This document shows positions 1-10,171 of a stretch of DNA of 64,000 bases, piece after piece; position 1 is the first letter of the stretch; every line of letters begins with the position of its first letter. Origin of the DNA: Dehalococcoidia bacterium (GTDB lineage Bacteria; Chloroflexota; Dehalococcoidia; UBA6926); the NCBI GenBank assembly GCA_009841045.1, contig VXMO01000056.1, positions 206 through 64,205 on the forward strand. The letters are read 5' to 3'. Under the pieces are notes generated by a model, which worked only from the letters and a program-made list of their open reading frames with translations, was not told the origin of the DNA and ran no database searches. The translations under genes and the position numbers were made by a program.

Positions 1-398
1 TAACCACTCCCGTGCCGGAGGCCTGGCCTGGATACGAGTCCCGGACGGGGATCGGGCACGAGATAGAAATGGAATCCGGCAGTCCGGGTATGGGACCTGG
101 GCGCGATTCAGGGATGACGTCCGGCGTGGCGCCTACGGCGACTCCTCCCGTGCCGGAGCTGGCGGGCGGCTTCCCGCAGCCATCGACTGGTGTAAGCGAT
201 TCGGGTTCAGTAGCCTCCCCGGCGTCGATGGTGCTCCCGTTGTCGTGGCTGACACCGCTGCCCTGGTGGTTGCTGCTGTTGTTGGCAGTGCTGATCGCAA
301 TTGCGATAAGGGTTATACGAAAACGCAGGAACGGGCATTACACGGCAGGCCATAGCCTTGACGGACAAGTCAGCACGCATCCAGAGGAACGCGAATAG
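1..398 (+). CDS. 3' end of a gene entering from upstream: Pro/Ser/Gly-rich protein fragment with C-terminal hydrophobic helix plus basic anchor
   Basis: Frame 3 is open to the window edge before the GTG at 12. Tail LPLSWLTPLPWWLLLLLAVLIAIAIRVIRKRRNG is a TM helix followed by a KRR cluster. No family recognised. Confidence 0.35.
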   Translation, partial: TTPVPEAWPGYESRTGIGHEIEMESGSPGMGPGRDSGMTSGVAPTATPPVPELAGGFPQPSTGVSDSGSVASPASMVLPLSWLTPLPWWLLLLLAVLIAIAIRVIRKRRNGHYTAGHSLDGQVSTHPEERE

Positions 399-1782
399 TC
401 ACCGTCGCGCCTCGCCCCGGCCCATCACTCGCCACGGCAATCACACCCCCGTGCGCCTCGACTATCGCCCGCGCGATGGCCAACCCTAGCCCCGTGCCGC
501 CGATCCCGCGATTGCGAGACTGGTCAGTCCGGTAGAAGCGATCAAAGACGTGGGGAATGTCCGCGGCATCGATGCCGATCCCGTCATCGGTGATTGAGAT
601 AACCAGAGCTTCGTTGTCGTCCAACCCGGCCTTGAGCACGACGTGTCCGCCTGCCTCCGTACAGTTGATGGCGTTGCTCAGAACATTTCCCAATGCCTGG
701 CTCATACGCATCCGGTCGAGACTCACATCAGAGAGGCCGTCGGATAACTCTGGCGACAGTTCCACCTGCCGATCCTGGGCTTGCGGTTGCCAGCGATTCA
801 CCTCTGCAGTGAGCAGTTCGTTAGGGGACACCGCTTCCCGTGCCAGCCTCAACTCGCCATGGTCCGTCTCGGCAAGCCAGTCCAGGTCAGTGACGATGCC
901 GCCCAGTCGGTCCACCTCCTCGATGATGTGATCGGAGGCGCTCTCCGGGCTCTGCAGTCCGTCGCGCAGTCCCTTTGCTTCCAACTTGATGACGCTCAAT
1001 GGGGTATTCAACTCATGGGAGACGTCGTTTATCAGTCGCCTTCGAAGCTCGCGTTGTGTCTCCAGGGCTGAGGTCATACGGTTGAAGGCCGCGCTCATTT
1101 GCCCCAGCTCATCCGAGGACGTGACCGGTAGCCGAGCCATGTCCCCCTGCGCAATCGTCTGTGTTGCCTCCGTCAATGCTGCCACCGGCGCCGTGATTCG
1201 CTTTGACAACCAAAAAGCCAGCAGGATAGCGACACCGATCGTTAACGTTCCACCAATCAGCGTGATGTACAGGAGCGTCCTGAGGAAACCATGCGACTCG
1301 GTCGCAAGGAGCTCCTCGTTCACGTCAACGTAGACATAACCCACGGGCCGATTCGTGGTCAGGTCGAACACTGTCTCGCGATGCCCGTTTAGATCATGGC
1401 CGGCCGTACCGGGTGACAGATCGGACAAGTTGTCCATGATTACTAGTCCATCGAGCCCCGTGATAACGACTCGCACCTGATCTTGATGGAAGAGCTCCGA
1501 CGAGATCTCCCCACCTTCTTCGTGCCCCTCACCCTCCCGAGCCCGGTCATAGATGTATCCGGCCTCGGACAGGGCTGCGCTCGCCGTCCCCCAGCCGCCG
1601 GAGGCCGTGTACTCCCTGCTCAGGGCCTGCGCCAGTTGAACCGCCTCTTCAGTGCCGATTCGATCAACGAATACACTCAGGCGGGACTGCGTTGCGTAGT
1701 AGCCTACGCCGACGCTGATGAGGACTGTGAGAACGACCACAAGGACGGTCGCGCCCATGATCCGCCAGTGCAGCGACATCAC
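370..1782 (-). CDS. Sensor histidine kinase (TM - periplasmic loop - TM - HAMP - HisKA - HATPase)
   Basis: H-box NDVSHELNTPL, N-box LGNVLSNAI, G-boxes DDGIGI and GGTGLGLAIA. Two N-terminal hydrophobic segments. ATGA overlap with the upstream response regulator. Confidence 0.9.
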   Translation of the reverse strand: MMSLHWRIMGATVLVVVLTVLISVGVGYYATQSRLSVFVDRIGTEEAVQLAQALSREYTASGGWGTASAALSEAGYIYDRAREGEGHEEGGEISSELFHQDQVRVVITGLDGLVIMDNLSDLSPGTAGHDLNGHRETVFDLTTNRPVGYVYVDVNEELLATESHGFLRTLLYITLIGGTLTIGVAILLAFWLSKRITAPVAALTEATQTIAQGDMARLPVTSSDELGQMSAAFNRMTSALETQRELRRRLINDVSHELNTPLSVIKLEAKGLRDGLQSPESASDHIIEEVDRLGGIVTDLDWLAETDHGELRLAREAVSPNELLTAEVNRWQPQAQDRQVELSPELSDGLSDVSLDRMRMSQALGNVLSNAINCTEAGGHVVLKAGLDDNEALVISITDDGIGIDAADIPHVFDRFYRTDQSRNRGIGGTGLGLAIARAIVEAHGGVIAVASDGPGRGATVTIRVPLDAC

Positions 1783-2456
1783 GCGTCCTCCACCACAAAC
1801 CGGTACCCCGCGCCGTAGACGGTTTGAATCGGCTGCTTGCCGTCCCGGTTGATCTGCTTGCGCAGCCGGGCGATCTGACTGTCAATCGCGCGGTCAAACC
1901 CATCAAACTCGTCATTGAATGCCAATGAGATGAGCCGGTCGCGAGAGAGCACCTGGTTGGGATTCCTCATGAATGTCGCCAGCAGGGCAATTTGCGCCTG
2001 GCTCAGCGCCACGGGCTCGTGACCAACCGTCACGGCTCCGGTGGTCTCGTTTAGAGTGATGTCCCCGGAAGTCAGGACTTGCTGGACTTTGTCTCGAACC
2101 CGCCGAAGCACGGCCGTGGCTCGGGCAATGACCTCATCGGGATCGAATGGCTTGACGATGTAATCGTCGGCGCCAATATCCAGTCCCATGATGCGCTCCG
2201 CGGGCGCTTCCCTCGCCGTCAACATGATGATCGGAACGTCAGACTCCCGGCGGAGAATCTTGCACAACTCCACGCCGTCGAGGCGTGGAAGCATCAGATC
2301 GAGGATGATGAGATCCGGAGCCAGTTCACGGGCTAGCGCCAGGCCGGACTCACCGTCATGAGTAACCTCAGCGGAGAACCCGGCCCGCTCGAAGTACACC
2401 TTGACCCAGTTCGCAATCCTGGTGTCGTCTTCGACTATCAGTACCGTGTCGCTCAT
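1779..2456 (-). CDS. OmpR/PhoB-family response regulator
   Basis: Receiver domain (LIVEDD ... DLIILDLMLP ... IIMLTA ... DDYIVKPF) plus winged-helix C-terminus (VYGAGYRF). SD-like AGAGG lies 8 nt upstream of the ATG. Confidence 0.93.
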   Translation of the reverse strand: MSDTVLIVEDDTRIANWVKVYFERAGFSAEVTHDGESGLALARELAPDLIILDLMLPRLDGVELCKILRRESDVPIIMLTAREAPAERIMGLDIGADDYIVKPFDPDEVIARATAVLRRVRDKVQQVLTSGDITLNETTGAVTVGHEPVALSQAQIALLATFMRNPNQVLSRDRLISLAFNDEFDGFDRAIDSQIARLRKQINRDGKQPIQTVYGAGYRFVVEDA

Positions 2457-2478
2457 CGTCGGCCTCTGGGAATTGTTC

Positions 2479-2514
2479 GTGGGAGCGGTGTCCCCTCGGA
2501 GACACCGCTCCCAC
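2479..2514 (-). terminator. Perfect 14-bp GC-rich hairpin between the lipoprotein gene and the response regulator (attenuator or partial terminator)
   Basis: GTGGGAGCGGTGTC-8 nt-GACACCGCTCCCAC. It lies 75 nt after the lipoprotein stop and 23 nt before the RR start. No U-tract, so probably leaky. Confidence 0.4.
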
Positions 2515-2588
2515 TTGCGTATGCGCTAGAGTCCATCATCTTACTTGAAGCGACGCTGTGCTCTCTCTCTCGCTCACTTCGGTAGGCT

Positions 2589-4016
2589 CTAGCCTCGGCC
2601 GCGTTCGCTCCCGGAGCCGTGCTCACCACTTGACTCACTGCCGCTGCCGTGCTCGCCGCTGCCAACCTCGGCATGAGCTACCCATCCGGTGAAGGGCGTC
2701 CGCGTTGAGTCCAGCATGATCGTTCGGATCTGGCCCGGGGCCAGGTTTATCGGAGTCGTCGGCCCGAGTTCCGTCCCGTTTGACAGGTGTACCTCGACCC
2801 TGACCCGGGTCAGGATGTCCCTGGTCGTGTTCTCCACGGTGCCCGCGAAGGTATTGCGCGGGGCGTCATAGCTCATGATGAGCCGTGCGCCGCTGCGGAT
2901 CTCGTCGAAGGTCTCGTTCGGCGCCAGTTGATTGGCCCCGCTGCCCTCTTCGCCGCCGGATGGCATGGAGGTGCCGGACTGGCTGCCCTCGTTGCCGCCT
3001 TCACCGCCGGGACCGTGTCCCTCGCCACCTGTTCCTTCACTGCCACCGCCCTCAGAACCTTGTCCTGGTGCGTGAGGCACAGGGCCGGTGCCGCCGCAGT
3101 CGAATACTTCCAGGTGAACCACGTACCCGTCGAATGACACCCCTGCGAGGCTCGGCTCGCTGGAGAGCGGCACGCTGGTCGCTGCTGCCTGTCCGGGGCT
3201 CAGGTGTCCCAGCACATCGGGACCAAGCTCACCAATAGTCGTGGTGCCAGACTTCAGGTGCGGCTCAGCCTGCACGTAGCAGAGAACCTGCGGAAGTATG
3301 TTCGTTACCAGCGACTGGACGGATTGCGTCGGCGGATCGAACCGCGCGACCACGTCCAACCCGCCGAGGTTGCCCACCCAGGTCTCGTCGAGCGGAATGA
3401 TCGGGCTGGACATCTCGGCCTCACCGGCCTCAGCGCCCATGCCGCCGCTCTCCGTGCCCTCGGGACCCTCATTGCCGCCTTCTGTGCCCGACTCTCTGCC
3501 GCCTTCGCCGCTGCCGACTTCGGCATGTGGCGTCCATCCGTTGAACGACGCCGCTGTTGAAGCCAGGTTGACCGGAACGACCTCGCCCGGTGCCAGGTCG
3601 ATGGGAGTCGTCGGACCAATCTCCGTGCCGTTATCGAGGTGCACTTCGATCCTCACACGCGTCAGGACGTTATTGGTCGTATTCTCCACGGTGCCCGTGA
3701 AGGCATTGCTTCCGGCGTCGTAGCTGAGGATCAAGCGTGCGCCGCTGCGGACCGTGTCGAAGGTCTCGTCCGGTGCCAACTGATTGGCGCCGCTGCCCTC
3801 TTCACTGCCGGACTCGGAGCCGCTCTCACCACCGGAGCCATGCTCGCCGCCGCTCTCACGGCCGGAACCCTCCTGGCCTGCGCGCTCGCTCCCGGACTCC
3901 GAGCCTTCGCCGGATCCGTTGTCGCTTGTGCAGGCCGCCAGTATCCCGACGCTCAGGATGAGCGCCACAACCGCCCCAATCAGGAACGGCCTTATCATCC
4001 AAATCTTGCTAATCAT
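2589..4016 (-). CDS. Lipoprotein with two copies of a ~95-aa domain separated by Gly/Ser/Glu-rich linkers and a unique central domain; function unknown
   Basis: Signal peptide plus lipobox (ILAAC). SD AAAGGAG upstream. Internal duplication NQLAP[DN]ETFD..SGARLI.SYDA..N.F.GTVENTT...LTRVR.EVHL.NGTE.GPTTPI.LAPG. Confidence 0.75.
   Translation of the reverse strand: MISKIWMIRPFLIGAVVALILSVGILAACTSDNGSGEGSESGSERAGQEGSGRESGGEHGSGGESGSESGSEEGSGANQLAPDETFDTVRSGARLILSYDAGSNAFTGTVENTTNNVLTRVRIEVHLDNGTEIGPTTPIDLAPGEVVPVNLASTAASFNGWTPHAEVGSGEGGRESGTEGGNEGPEGTESGGMGAEAGEAEMSSPIIPLDETWVGNLGGLDVVARFDPPTQSVQSLVTNILPQVLCYVQAEPHLKSGTTTIGELGPDVLGHLSPGQAAATSVPLSSEPSLAGVSFDGYVVHLEVFDCGGTGPVPHAPGQGSEGGGSEGTGGEGHGPGGEGGNEGSQSGTSMPSGGEEGSGANQLAPNETFDEIRSGARLIMSYDAPRNTFAGTVENTTRDILTRVRVEVHLSNGTELGPTTPINLAPGQIRTIMLDSTRTPFTGWVAHAEVGSGEHGSGSESSGEHGSGSERGRG
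2652..2933 (-). repeat. Intragenic duplicated domain, copy 2 (C-terminal)
   Basis: About 280 bp, clearly similar at both DNA and protein level to 3501..3788. Confidence 0.8.
3501..3788 (-). repeat. Intragenic duplicated domain, copy 1 (N-terminal)
   Basis: Direct imperfect repeat of 2652..2933 within the same ORF. Confidence 0.8.
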
Positions 4017-4158
4017 CGCCCCACTCCTTTCATGAGGTTTGCGTGACGCACCTCACGATAGGAGCGAAATGTCGCAGAAATATGTCGCCCCGCGACACTT
4101 TTGAATGTGCTACTGGTTGAGTAGGTAACAGGGGTTAAGCGATAGTTTTTGTGCGTAT

Positions 4159-4923
4159 TTAGTGCAGGATCTGAGACAGGAAGAGCTTGGCGCGGTCGCT
4201 CTTTGGGTTTATGAAGAACTCGTTGGGCGGGGCCTCTTCCGCAATCATGCCTTCGTCAAACATGATGACGCGATCTGCCACCTCACGGGCAAAGCCTACC
4301 TCATGGGTGACGATTAGCATGGTCATGCCGGATTGTGCCAGTTCAGTCATCACATCGAGCACGTCTTTGATCATCTCCGGGTCAAGCGCCGATGTCGGTT
4401 CATCGAACAGCATGATTCGAGGTTGCATCGCGAGCGCGCGTGCAATGGCGACGCGCTGCTGCTGACCACCGGAGAGTTCAGCAGGGTATTTCTCTGCCTG
4501 CTCCGGGATTCCCACGCGCTCCAGGAGACCCATGGCCGTGTCTTCCGCCTCCGCTCGCGGTATGTGCCTTACCTTCATGGGCGCCAGTGTGATGTTGTCT
4601 TTTACGGTCAGGTGCGGAAACAGGTTGAATTGCTGGAACACCATCCCAACCTCGCGGCGAATCGCGTCAATATTACGCACGTCGTTAGAAAGAGTTATGC
4701 CATCAACGATGATCTCGCCACGCTGATGCTCCTCAAGGCGATTGATGGTTCGAATAAACGTTGACTTGCCGGAGCCGGATGGGCCGAGGATGACGACCTT
4801 CTCTGCGCGTTTGACGGTGGTCGAGACACCGCGCAACGCGTGGAATGAACCAAACCACTTGTGAACGTCACGGGCGATGATGATGTCCTCAACACCGTTG
4901 TCCGATGCATCCCCATTAGTCAT
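4159..4923 (-). CDS. aapP: Polar amino-acid ABC transporter ATP-binding protein
   Basis: Walker [10 protein letters not shown], signature [15 protein letters not shown], Walker [12 protein letters not shown]. Last gene of a J-Q-M-P type operon. Confidence 0.9.
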   Translation of the reverse strand: MTNGDASDNGVEDIIIARDVHKWFGSFHALRGVSTTVKRAEKVVILGPSGSGKSTFIRTINRLEEHQRGEIIVDGITLSNDVRNIDAIRREVGMVFQQFNLFPHLTVKDNITLAPMKVRHIPRAEAEDTAMGLLERVGIPEQAEKYPAELSGGQQQRVAIARALAMQPRIMLFDEPTSALDPEMIKDVLDVMTELAQSGMTMLIVTHEVGFAREVADRVIMFDEGMIAEEAPPNEFFINPKSDRAKLFLSQILH

Positions 4924-4967
4924 TCCGGTGCCTCCTTGCTTTGCGAGGATACCGCATGTGATCCAAC

Positions 4968-6215
4968 CTATCTCTCTCCAACGCCAAGGTTCCTTTCCAC
5001 GCGCCGACTCACATATGACATGCCGTAGTTGAAGACCCAGAAGACCAGCGCAATGAATAGGAACAGCTCCCGGCTGTGTGGGAGGAATTCACGGTTGCTG
5101 CCGATGAACGAGCTACCCATGTGCAGGATATCGAGCATTCCGATGATGAAGACCAGAGTTGTGTCCTTATATAGGCTGATGTACTGGCCAACGATGGCTG
5201 GCACGACGTTGCGGAGGGCCTGTGGGAGGGTGATGAACGTGGTTGTGTTCCACGGCGGCAGGCCAAGGGCTCTGGCCGCCTCTGTTTGACCCCGGTGGAG
5301 GGCCTGCAAGCCTCCGCGAATGTTCTCCGCCATATATGCCGCGCTAAACATCGTGATGACGATTCCGGCTCGTGTTACCTCGTCCAGGGGAAAGTCCCGA
5401 GGGAACGCGAGCGGCACCAGCGTCTGTGACATGAAAAGCAGGGTAATGAGCGGGACGCCGCGGAAAAACTCGATGAAGCCGATACAGAGCATTTTCACGA
5501 CAGGCAAGTTACTGCGTCTGCCGAGCGCAAGCATGATTCCAATCGGCAGGCTGGCCGTTATTCCTCCTGCAGCCAGCAGGATGTTGAGCATCAATCCGCC
5601 CCAGAATCGGGACGGTACAGGATAAAGGCCCGGGACCCCCTCGATTCCCCTTAGCAGGAAGTACACGGTGATGAAGCCAACGAAAGCGATGATGATTAGA
5701 TTCCTGGTTGACCCCACGGGGGTGTTGCGGCCCAGCCAGCGCCCCAGGAAGACGGCCGGAATATTCGCAACGAGCAGGAGACGCACGTCCATCCCCATCT
5801 CATCGAAGGGCAGGGGAAGCAGCGCCATTGCCGCCGCTACAAACGCAGTCGTAAGAGCCACGCCTCTTACCAGCGTGGTCGCTGCTACCGCCCACAGTAT
5901 CCCGAAATACGTCATGGCGATAAGAAGCGAGGCCTGTGGACGCCAGAAGCAATCGTTTGAGGGACATACCGAGTCGGAGTTGTACTGGCCGAGTACAAGT
6001 GTGCCGCCAAGCGTTGGGATAACGGACCAATCCGCTGTCCCAAAAGCCCAGTCCACGAAGAGCCAGAGGAGGTAGAGGGTCAATGCCGCCACAATGATTG
6101 TAGTGGCGCCATTGGAGGGCGAACTGAACAGGTTATTTCTGATCCACCCAACCTTGCCCGTGGTCATTCGTGGGGGTGGCAAGATCGCACCCGGCGTTGT
6201 CTCTCGTGTCGCCAT
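4968..6215 (-). CDS. aapM: General L-amino-acid ABC transporter permease
   Basis: Large (~400 aa) multi-TM permease with the EAA-type loop ([11 protein letters not shown]) typical of HisM/AapM permeases. Confidence 0.85.
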   Translation of the reverse strand: MATRETTPGAILPPPRMTTGKVGWIRNNLFSSPSNGATTIIVAALTLYLLWLFVDWAFGTADWSVIPTLGGTLVLGQYNSDSVCPSNDCFWRPQASLLIAMTYFGILWAVAATTLVRGVALTTAFVAAAMALLPLPFDEMGMDVRLLLVANIPAVFLGRWLGRNTPVGSTRNLIIIAFVGFITVYFLLRGIEGVPGLYPVPSRFWGGLMLNILLAAGGITASLPIGIMLALGRRSNLPVVKMLCIGFIEFFRGVPLITLLFMSQTLVPLAFPRDFPLDEVTRAGIVITMFSAAYMAENIRGGLQALHRGQTEAARALGLPPWNTTTFITLPQALRNVVPAIVGQYISLYKDTTLVFIIGMLDILHMGSSFIGSNREFLPHSRELFLFIALVFWVFNYGMSYVSRRVERNLGVGER

Positions 6216-6218
6216 CGC

Positions 6219-7454
6219 CTACGTCCCCACGATCCGTGTGCGCCAGTTGTAGAAATTGCCGACGGCCGACCATGCCAGGCTCATGGCCAAATAGGCCAAC
6301 ATGATGACAAGGAAGATGTTAATGGCAGGGGCGGTCTGGGTCATTGTGATTCCAACATTGGTCAGATCGGCAAAACCAACTGCCGGAGCCAGGCTGCTGT
6401 TCTTCGTAAGGTTGAGGCACTGGCTAATCAGAGGCGGAATGATAACGCGAAGAGCCTGCGGGAAAGTCACATTGCGAAGCACACCCACCGGCTTGAGCCC
6501 CACGGCCAGGGCAGCTTCTGTTTGGCCTCGGCTGACGGATTGAATTCCGGCGCGGACGATCTCCGCGATGAATGCCGCCGTATACATCACGAGACCGACG
6601 AGCATCACGATTGCGCCGGACCGAACGCGCAGGCCATCTTCAATTCGGCCAAAACGATCATCCGGGGCCGGAATGCTCAAGCCCAACGGCGTGTCACCCG
6701 CCATCGCCCAAATTGCCACCCACGCGACTGCTGCGATACCAACGGCGGTGCCGATGCCCGTGAGGAGCGGGTACGATACTGCACCGGTAACGATTTCCCG
6801 GCGATTTCGCAGCTTGTAGACGGTGTACCCCAAAAAGACGCCAGCTCCTGCGGCGGCAACCCAACCGAGACCGGGCGCGATGCCTGACGACAGCGTTGGC
6901 TGAGGCATAGCGATCCCCGCATTGTTGATGTAGAGGACGTCAAACAGGTTGTACGTCTCAGTGATGGGCGGGAGCACGAGGATGAAATAGAAGATAAACA
7001 GGAGCTGCACAAGCAAAGGGACGTTACGGAAGAACTCCACGTAGACGAGTGAGAGGCGGGACAGCAGCCAGTTTGGGGAAAGGCGAGCAATGCCGATTAG
7101 TGTACCGACAATAATCGCAAGAATGACGCCGGCAACGGCAAGGATAATCGTATTGACGGCGGCGACCAGCAACGCATAGGCGTAACTGTCGGTTGAATCG
7201 TTGAAAGGCAGGGCGTGTTCAGGAACCGGCGTCCCATATGAGCGGCCAAAGAAGTTCCAGCCAAACGGGATGTCGCGATCATTGATCGCGAATGCAACAT
7301 TGGAGAAGAACCAAACAACGAGCGTAACGACTGCGATGGCTGAAATGATCTGCAACGCCCATTGGATGAGTACGGCGTGACGCCATACCGGAATCCCTTG
7401 GTAGGTCAGAATCCCCCGTGGTTGGTCGGCCATCTCCCGATTCCGTCCCCCCAA
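6219..7454 (-). CDS. aapQ: General L-amino-acid ABC transporter permease
   Basis: Large multi-TM permease with GQTEAALAVGL loop. An alternative start at 7433 (MADQPRG) is possible. Confidence 0.85.
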   Translation of the reverse strand: MGGRNREMADQPRGILTYQGIPVWRHAVLIQWALQIISAIAVVTLVVWFFSNVAFAINDRDIPFGWNFFGRSYGTPVPEHALPFNDSTDSYAYALLVAAVNTIILAVAGVILAIIVGTLIGIARLSPNWLLSRLSLVYVEFFRNVPLLVQLLFIFYFILVLPPITETYNLFDVLYINNAGIAMPQPTLSSGIAPGLGWVAAAGAGVFLGYTVYKLRNRREIVTGAVSYPLLTGIGTAVGIAAVAWVAIWAMAGDTPLGLSIPAPDDRFGRIEDGLRVRSGAIVMLVGLVMYTAAFIAEIVRAGIQSVSRGQTEAALAVGLKPVGVLRNVTFPQALRVIIPPLISQCLNLTKNSSLAPAVGFADLTNVGITMTQTAPAINIFLVIMLAYLAMSLAWSAVGNFYNWRTRIVGT

Positions 7455-7514
7455 CTCACCCTGGCTGTTCAGTTCTGACTATAGCGCAATATTTGACAGA
7501 GACAGGGCAAGAAG

Positions 7515-7558
7515 AAGGGCGGTGAATAGGTGTCAAGTGACACCTATTCACCGCCCTT
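7515..7558 (-). terminator. 21-bp perfect hairpin after the binding-protein gene (intra-operon attenuator)
   Basis: AAGGGCGGTGAATAGGTGTCA-AG-TGACACCTATTCACCGCCCTT, 48 nt downstream of the aapJ stop. Followed on the minus strand by the pyrimidine-rich CTTCTTGCC. Confidence 0.6.
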
Positions 7559-7605
7559 ACGTTTCGATCATTGCGCCTGTGTGGCGCTGCGATGACGTAT
7601 GTTGC

Positions 7606-8700
7606 TTACCGCAACGGCGCGGCGTAAATCTCACCGCCCTTCGGGCACATGCTGCATGGCGCGGATACCCACAGCGCGTTACGGCTGCCTTCTCGCGTCA
7701 CACCCAGCGGCGTGAGGTGGCGGTCGTAAATCTCGCCGTAGTTGCCGACCTGCTGGATCACGGTCTGCGCCACCGTCTGGTCGAGGCCGAGGTCTCCCTG
7801 GCCCCAGTTCGTGTCGCTGAGCCCAAACAGCCTGTCAACCGCGGCATTGCCCGTTGCCGATGTCGGGACATTCATCGAGTCAATCTCGAATGCCTCGGCG
7901 TAGATCAGGATGGCAATGGTGGACTTCACAATGTCATACCACTGATCGTCGCCATGCGGGACGACGGGGCCGAGAGGCTCCTCGGAGATCGTGGCGCCCA
8001 AAATGACATGGTCATCAGGGTTGTCGTACGTGGTTCGCAGTGAGACCAGGCCGGACTTGTCTGTGGTCTCCGCCTGGCACTGACCGGCGAGGTATGCCTC
8101 AGTCAGCGGCGGCTGCTCACCGAACGTGAGGACCTGAATATCCAGCCCGTTCTGGCTAATGAAATCCTGCAGGTTCTGCTCAGTTGTCGTGCCGGACAAC
8201 ACGCAGATTGAGGATCCATCCAACTCGGTCGGGTCACTTATGCCGAGGCTGGCCGGCACCATGAACCCCTGGCCATCGTAGAACGTGGTCTGGGCAAAGT
8301 TGCCCCACGTCGCGTCGCGACCGGTGGTCCATGTTGTATTCCTGACCATCAGATCAACTTCACCGGACTGCATGGTCGGGCCACGCTGTGCGGCGGTTGT
8401 CTGACGGAACTCAACAGCGTTGGCATCGCCAAGAACTGCTGCCGCTACTGCGCGGCACTGGTCAATGTCAAAGCCGACATTGTTGCCGTCCGCATCAAGC
8501 GCGCCGAAGCCCGGCAAGACCGTATTGATGGCGCAGACGAGCGTTCCACGCTCCTGCACCGTCGCGAGACGACTCATCATCTCTTCTTCCATCGGCTCGC
8601 TGTCGGTCGGCTCAGGAGTGTCTTCCTCCGTTGTGCAGGCCGCGAAGATCATCAGACCTGCAACGATAGCCAATGCGAGTAGAAACAGTCTGCCCGTCAT
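7606..8700 (-). CDS. aapJ: Amino-acid ABC transporter substrate-binding lipoprotein
   Basis: Signal peptide plus lipobox (IFAAC). Family-3 SBP-like sequence. First gene of the operon. SD GGGAGGGG upstream. Confidence 0.85.
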   Translation of the reverse strand: MTGRLFLLALAIVAGLMIFAACTTEEDTPEPTDSEPMEEEMMSRLATVQERGTLVCAINTVLPGFGALDADGNNVGFDIDQCRAVAAAVLGDANAVEFRQTTAAQRGPTMQSGEVDLMVRNTTWTTGRDATWGNFAQTTFYDGQGFMVPASLGISDPTELDGSSICVLSGTTTEQNLQDFISQNGLDIQVLTFGEQPPLTEAYLAGQCQAETTDKSGLVSLRTTYDNPDDHVILGATISEEPLGPVVPHGDDQWYDIVKSTIAILIYAEAFEIDSMNVPTSATGNAAVDRLFGLSDTNWGQGDLGLDQTVAQTVIQQVGNYGEIYDRHLTPLGVTREGSRNALWVSAPCSMCPKGGEIYAAPLR

Positions 8701-8845
8701 GTGCCCCTCCCGGTTGTTCCTTGGATACTTAATAGACGCAACACTTATTGTGCCACGAATTAGGTATAGACGCCAACGAATCCATCCTCAATCCGGGCAT
8801 TTTCGTGTCCCGCCAAGCAGCCGCTTTCACGGGTTCAATGGGCGA

Positions 8846-8875
8846 TTGGACGACTGCGAGCTAATCGGCTACAGT
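8846..8875 (+). promoter_or_regulatory. Candidate sigma-70-type promoter for proVWX
   Basis: TTGGAC-18 nt-TACAGT, about 80 nt upstream of the proV start. Confidence 0.35.
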
Positions 8876-8956
8876 GTGGTGTCGCTAGCAGGGGGGGGCT
8901 GAACGACGTGGTTTACGCGCATTCCTTACTTTTTTCCGCGTCGATCCGCCGAAGAA

Positions 8957-10171
8957 ATGGGTGTTATGACGCAGAGCGAACATCAGATTGAAGTCAAAAA
9001 CGTATGGAAGGTATTTGGCAACCGTCCCGAACGGGCTCTTGATTCCAAGCACGCTGAGAAGACCCGCACGGAAATCCAGGAAGAACTCGGGCTCGTCACG
9101 GCGTTGCGGGATGTCTCCTTCAACGTAGACTTCGGCCAGGTCTATGTTCTCATGGGCTTGTCCGGGAGTGGCAAGTCCACCCTCGCCAGGGCCCTCATCA
9201 GGTTGACCGATCCCACCGCCGGGGAGGTTTACTTCGACGGTGAGGACATCCTGCAATTCTCGCCGGACCGGTTGATAGACTTTCGTCGATCAACCGTCGC
9301 AATGGTCTTCCAGAACTACGCTCTCCTGCCACATCGACGTGTGCTGGAAAATGTCGCCTACGGCCTTGAGGTCAAGGGGATGGAAAAGGAAGAGCGGCTT
9401 GACATTGCGCGTGACACGGTCGAGAAGGTTGGCCTGAATGGGTGGGAGCGCTACTTCCCACGTGAGATGAGCGGCGGAATGCAGCAGCGTGTCGGCCTTG
9501 CCCGCGCCCTCGCCGTCAATCCGTCCGTGCTCATCATGGATGAACCCTTTAGCGGCCTGGATCCGCTCATTCGTCGGCAGATGCAGGACGAATTGCTCAC
9601 GCTCCAGGCGGATTTGCACAAGACCATCGTCTTCATCACGCATGATCTCAATGAAGCGATCAAGCTCGGAACCCGCATCGCCATCATGCGTGACGGAGAG
9701 ATCATCCAGGAGGGAACACCGGATGAGATTGTTGCGCTCCCGAGTGATGACTACGTGTCCGAATTCGTGCGTGACGTCTCTTCGACGCGGCTCATCCAGG
9801 CGCGAACTGTGATGAGCGAGGCGGGCGATGTTGTCAATCTGCGCCAAGGCCCCGGCGCAGCTCTCATACTTATGGAGAATATGGGCAGTGACTCCCTGTT
9901 CGTAGTCGGCGGGGATTCCAGACTAAAGGGAATGCTGACGAAACAGGAAGCGGAATCACTCGCCAACCGTCGCCAGAAGACTCTCGAAGAGGCCAGACTT
10001 CAGGATCCTGTCATCGTCGATCCGGACACCTCGCTGGATGAGATCATTCCAATTGTCGAGGGTGCCCCATTTCACGTTGCAGTCGTGGAGGAAAACGGTG
10101 TGCTCGTCGGGGCGATTCGACGTGATGAACTGCTGTCTGGGGGAGTAGGGATCGGAGACAACAGTGGCTAG
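8957..10171 (+). CDS. proV: Glycine betaine/proline ABC transporter ATP-binding protein with C-terminal CBS pair
   Basis: Walker A GLSGSGKST, signature MSGGMQQRVGLARAL, Walker B LIMDEPFSGLD. The ~130-aa C-terminal extension is typical of OpuAA/ProV. Confidence 0.9.
   Translation: MGVMTQSEHQIEVKNVWKVFGNRPERALDSKHAEKTRTEIQEELGLVTALRDVSFNVDFGQVYVLMGLSGSGKSTLARALIRLTDPTAGEVYFDGEDILQFSPDRLIDFRRSTVAMVFQNYALLPHRRVLENVAYGLEVKGMEKEERLDIARDTVEKVGLNGWERYFPREMSGGMQQRVGLARALAVNPSVLIMDEPFSGLDPLIRRQMQDELLTLQADLHKTIVFITHDLNEAIKLGTRIAIMRDGEIIQEGTPDEIVALPSDDYVSEFVRDVSSTRLIQARTVMSEAGDVVNLRQGPGAALILMENMGSDSLFVVGGDSRLKGMLTKQEAESLANRRQKTLEEARLQDPVIVDPDTSLDEIIPIVEGAPFHVAVVEENGVLVGAIRRDELLSGGVGIGDNSG

Noticed and set aside
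4066-4101. GAAAT..GTCGC direct repeats upstream of the lipoprotein gene, considered as a response-regulator box
   Set aside because: The same bases form a short hairpin (TGTCGC/GCGACA) flanked by A- and T-runs. This could equally be the aapP terminator. Too little information to call either.
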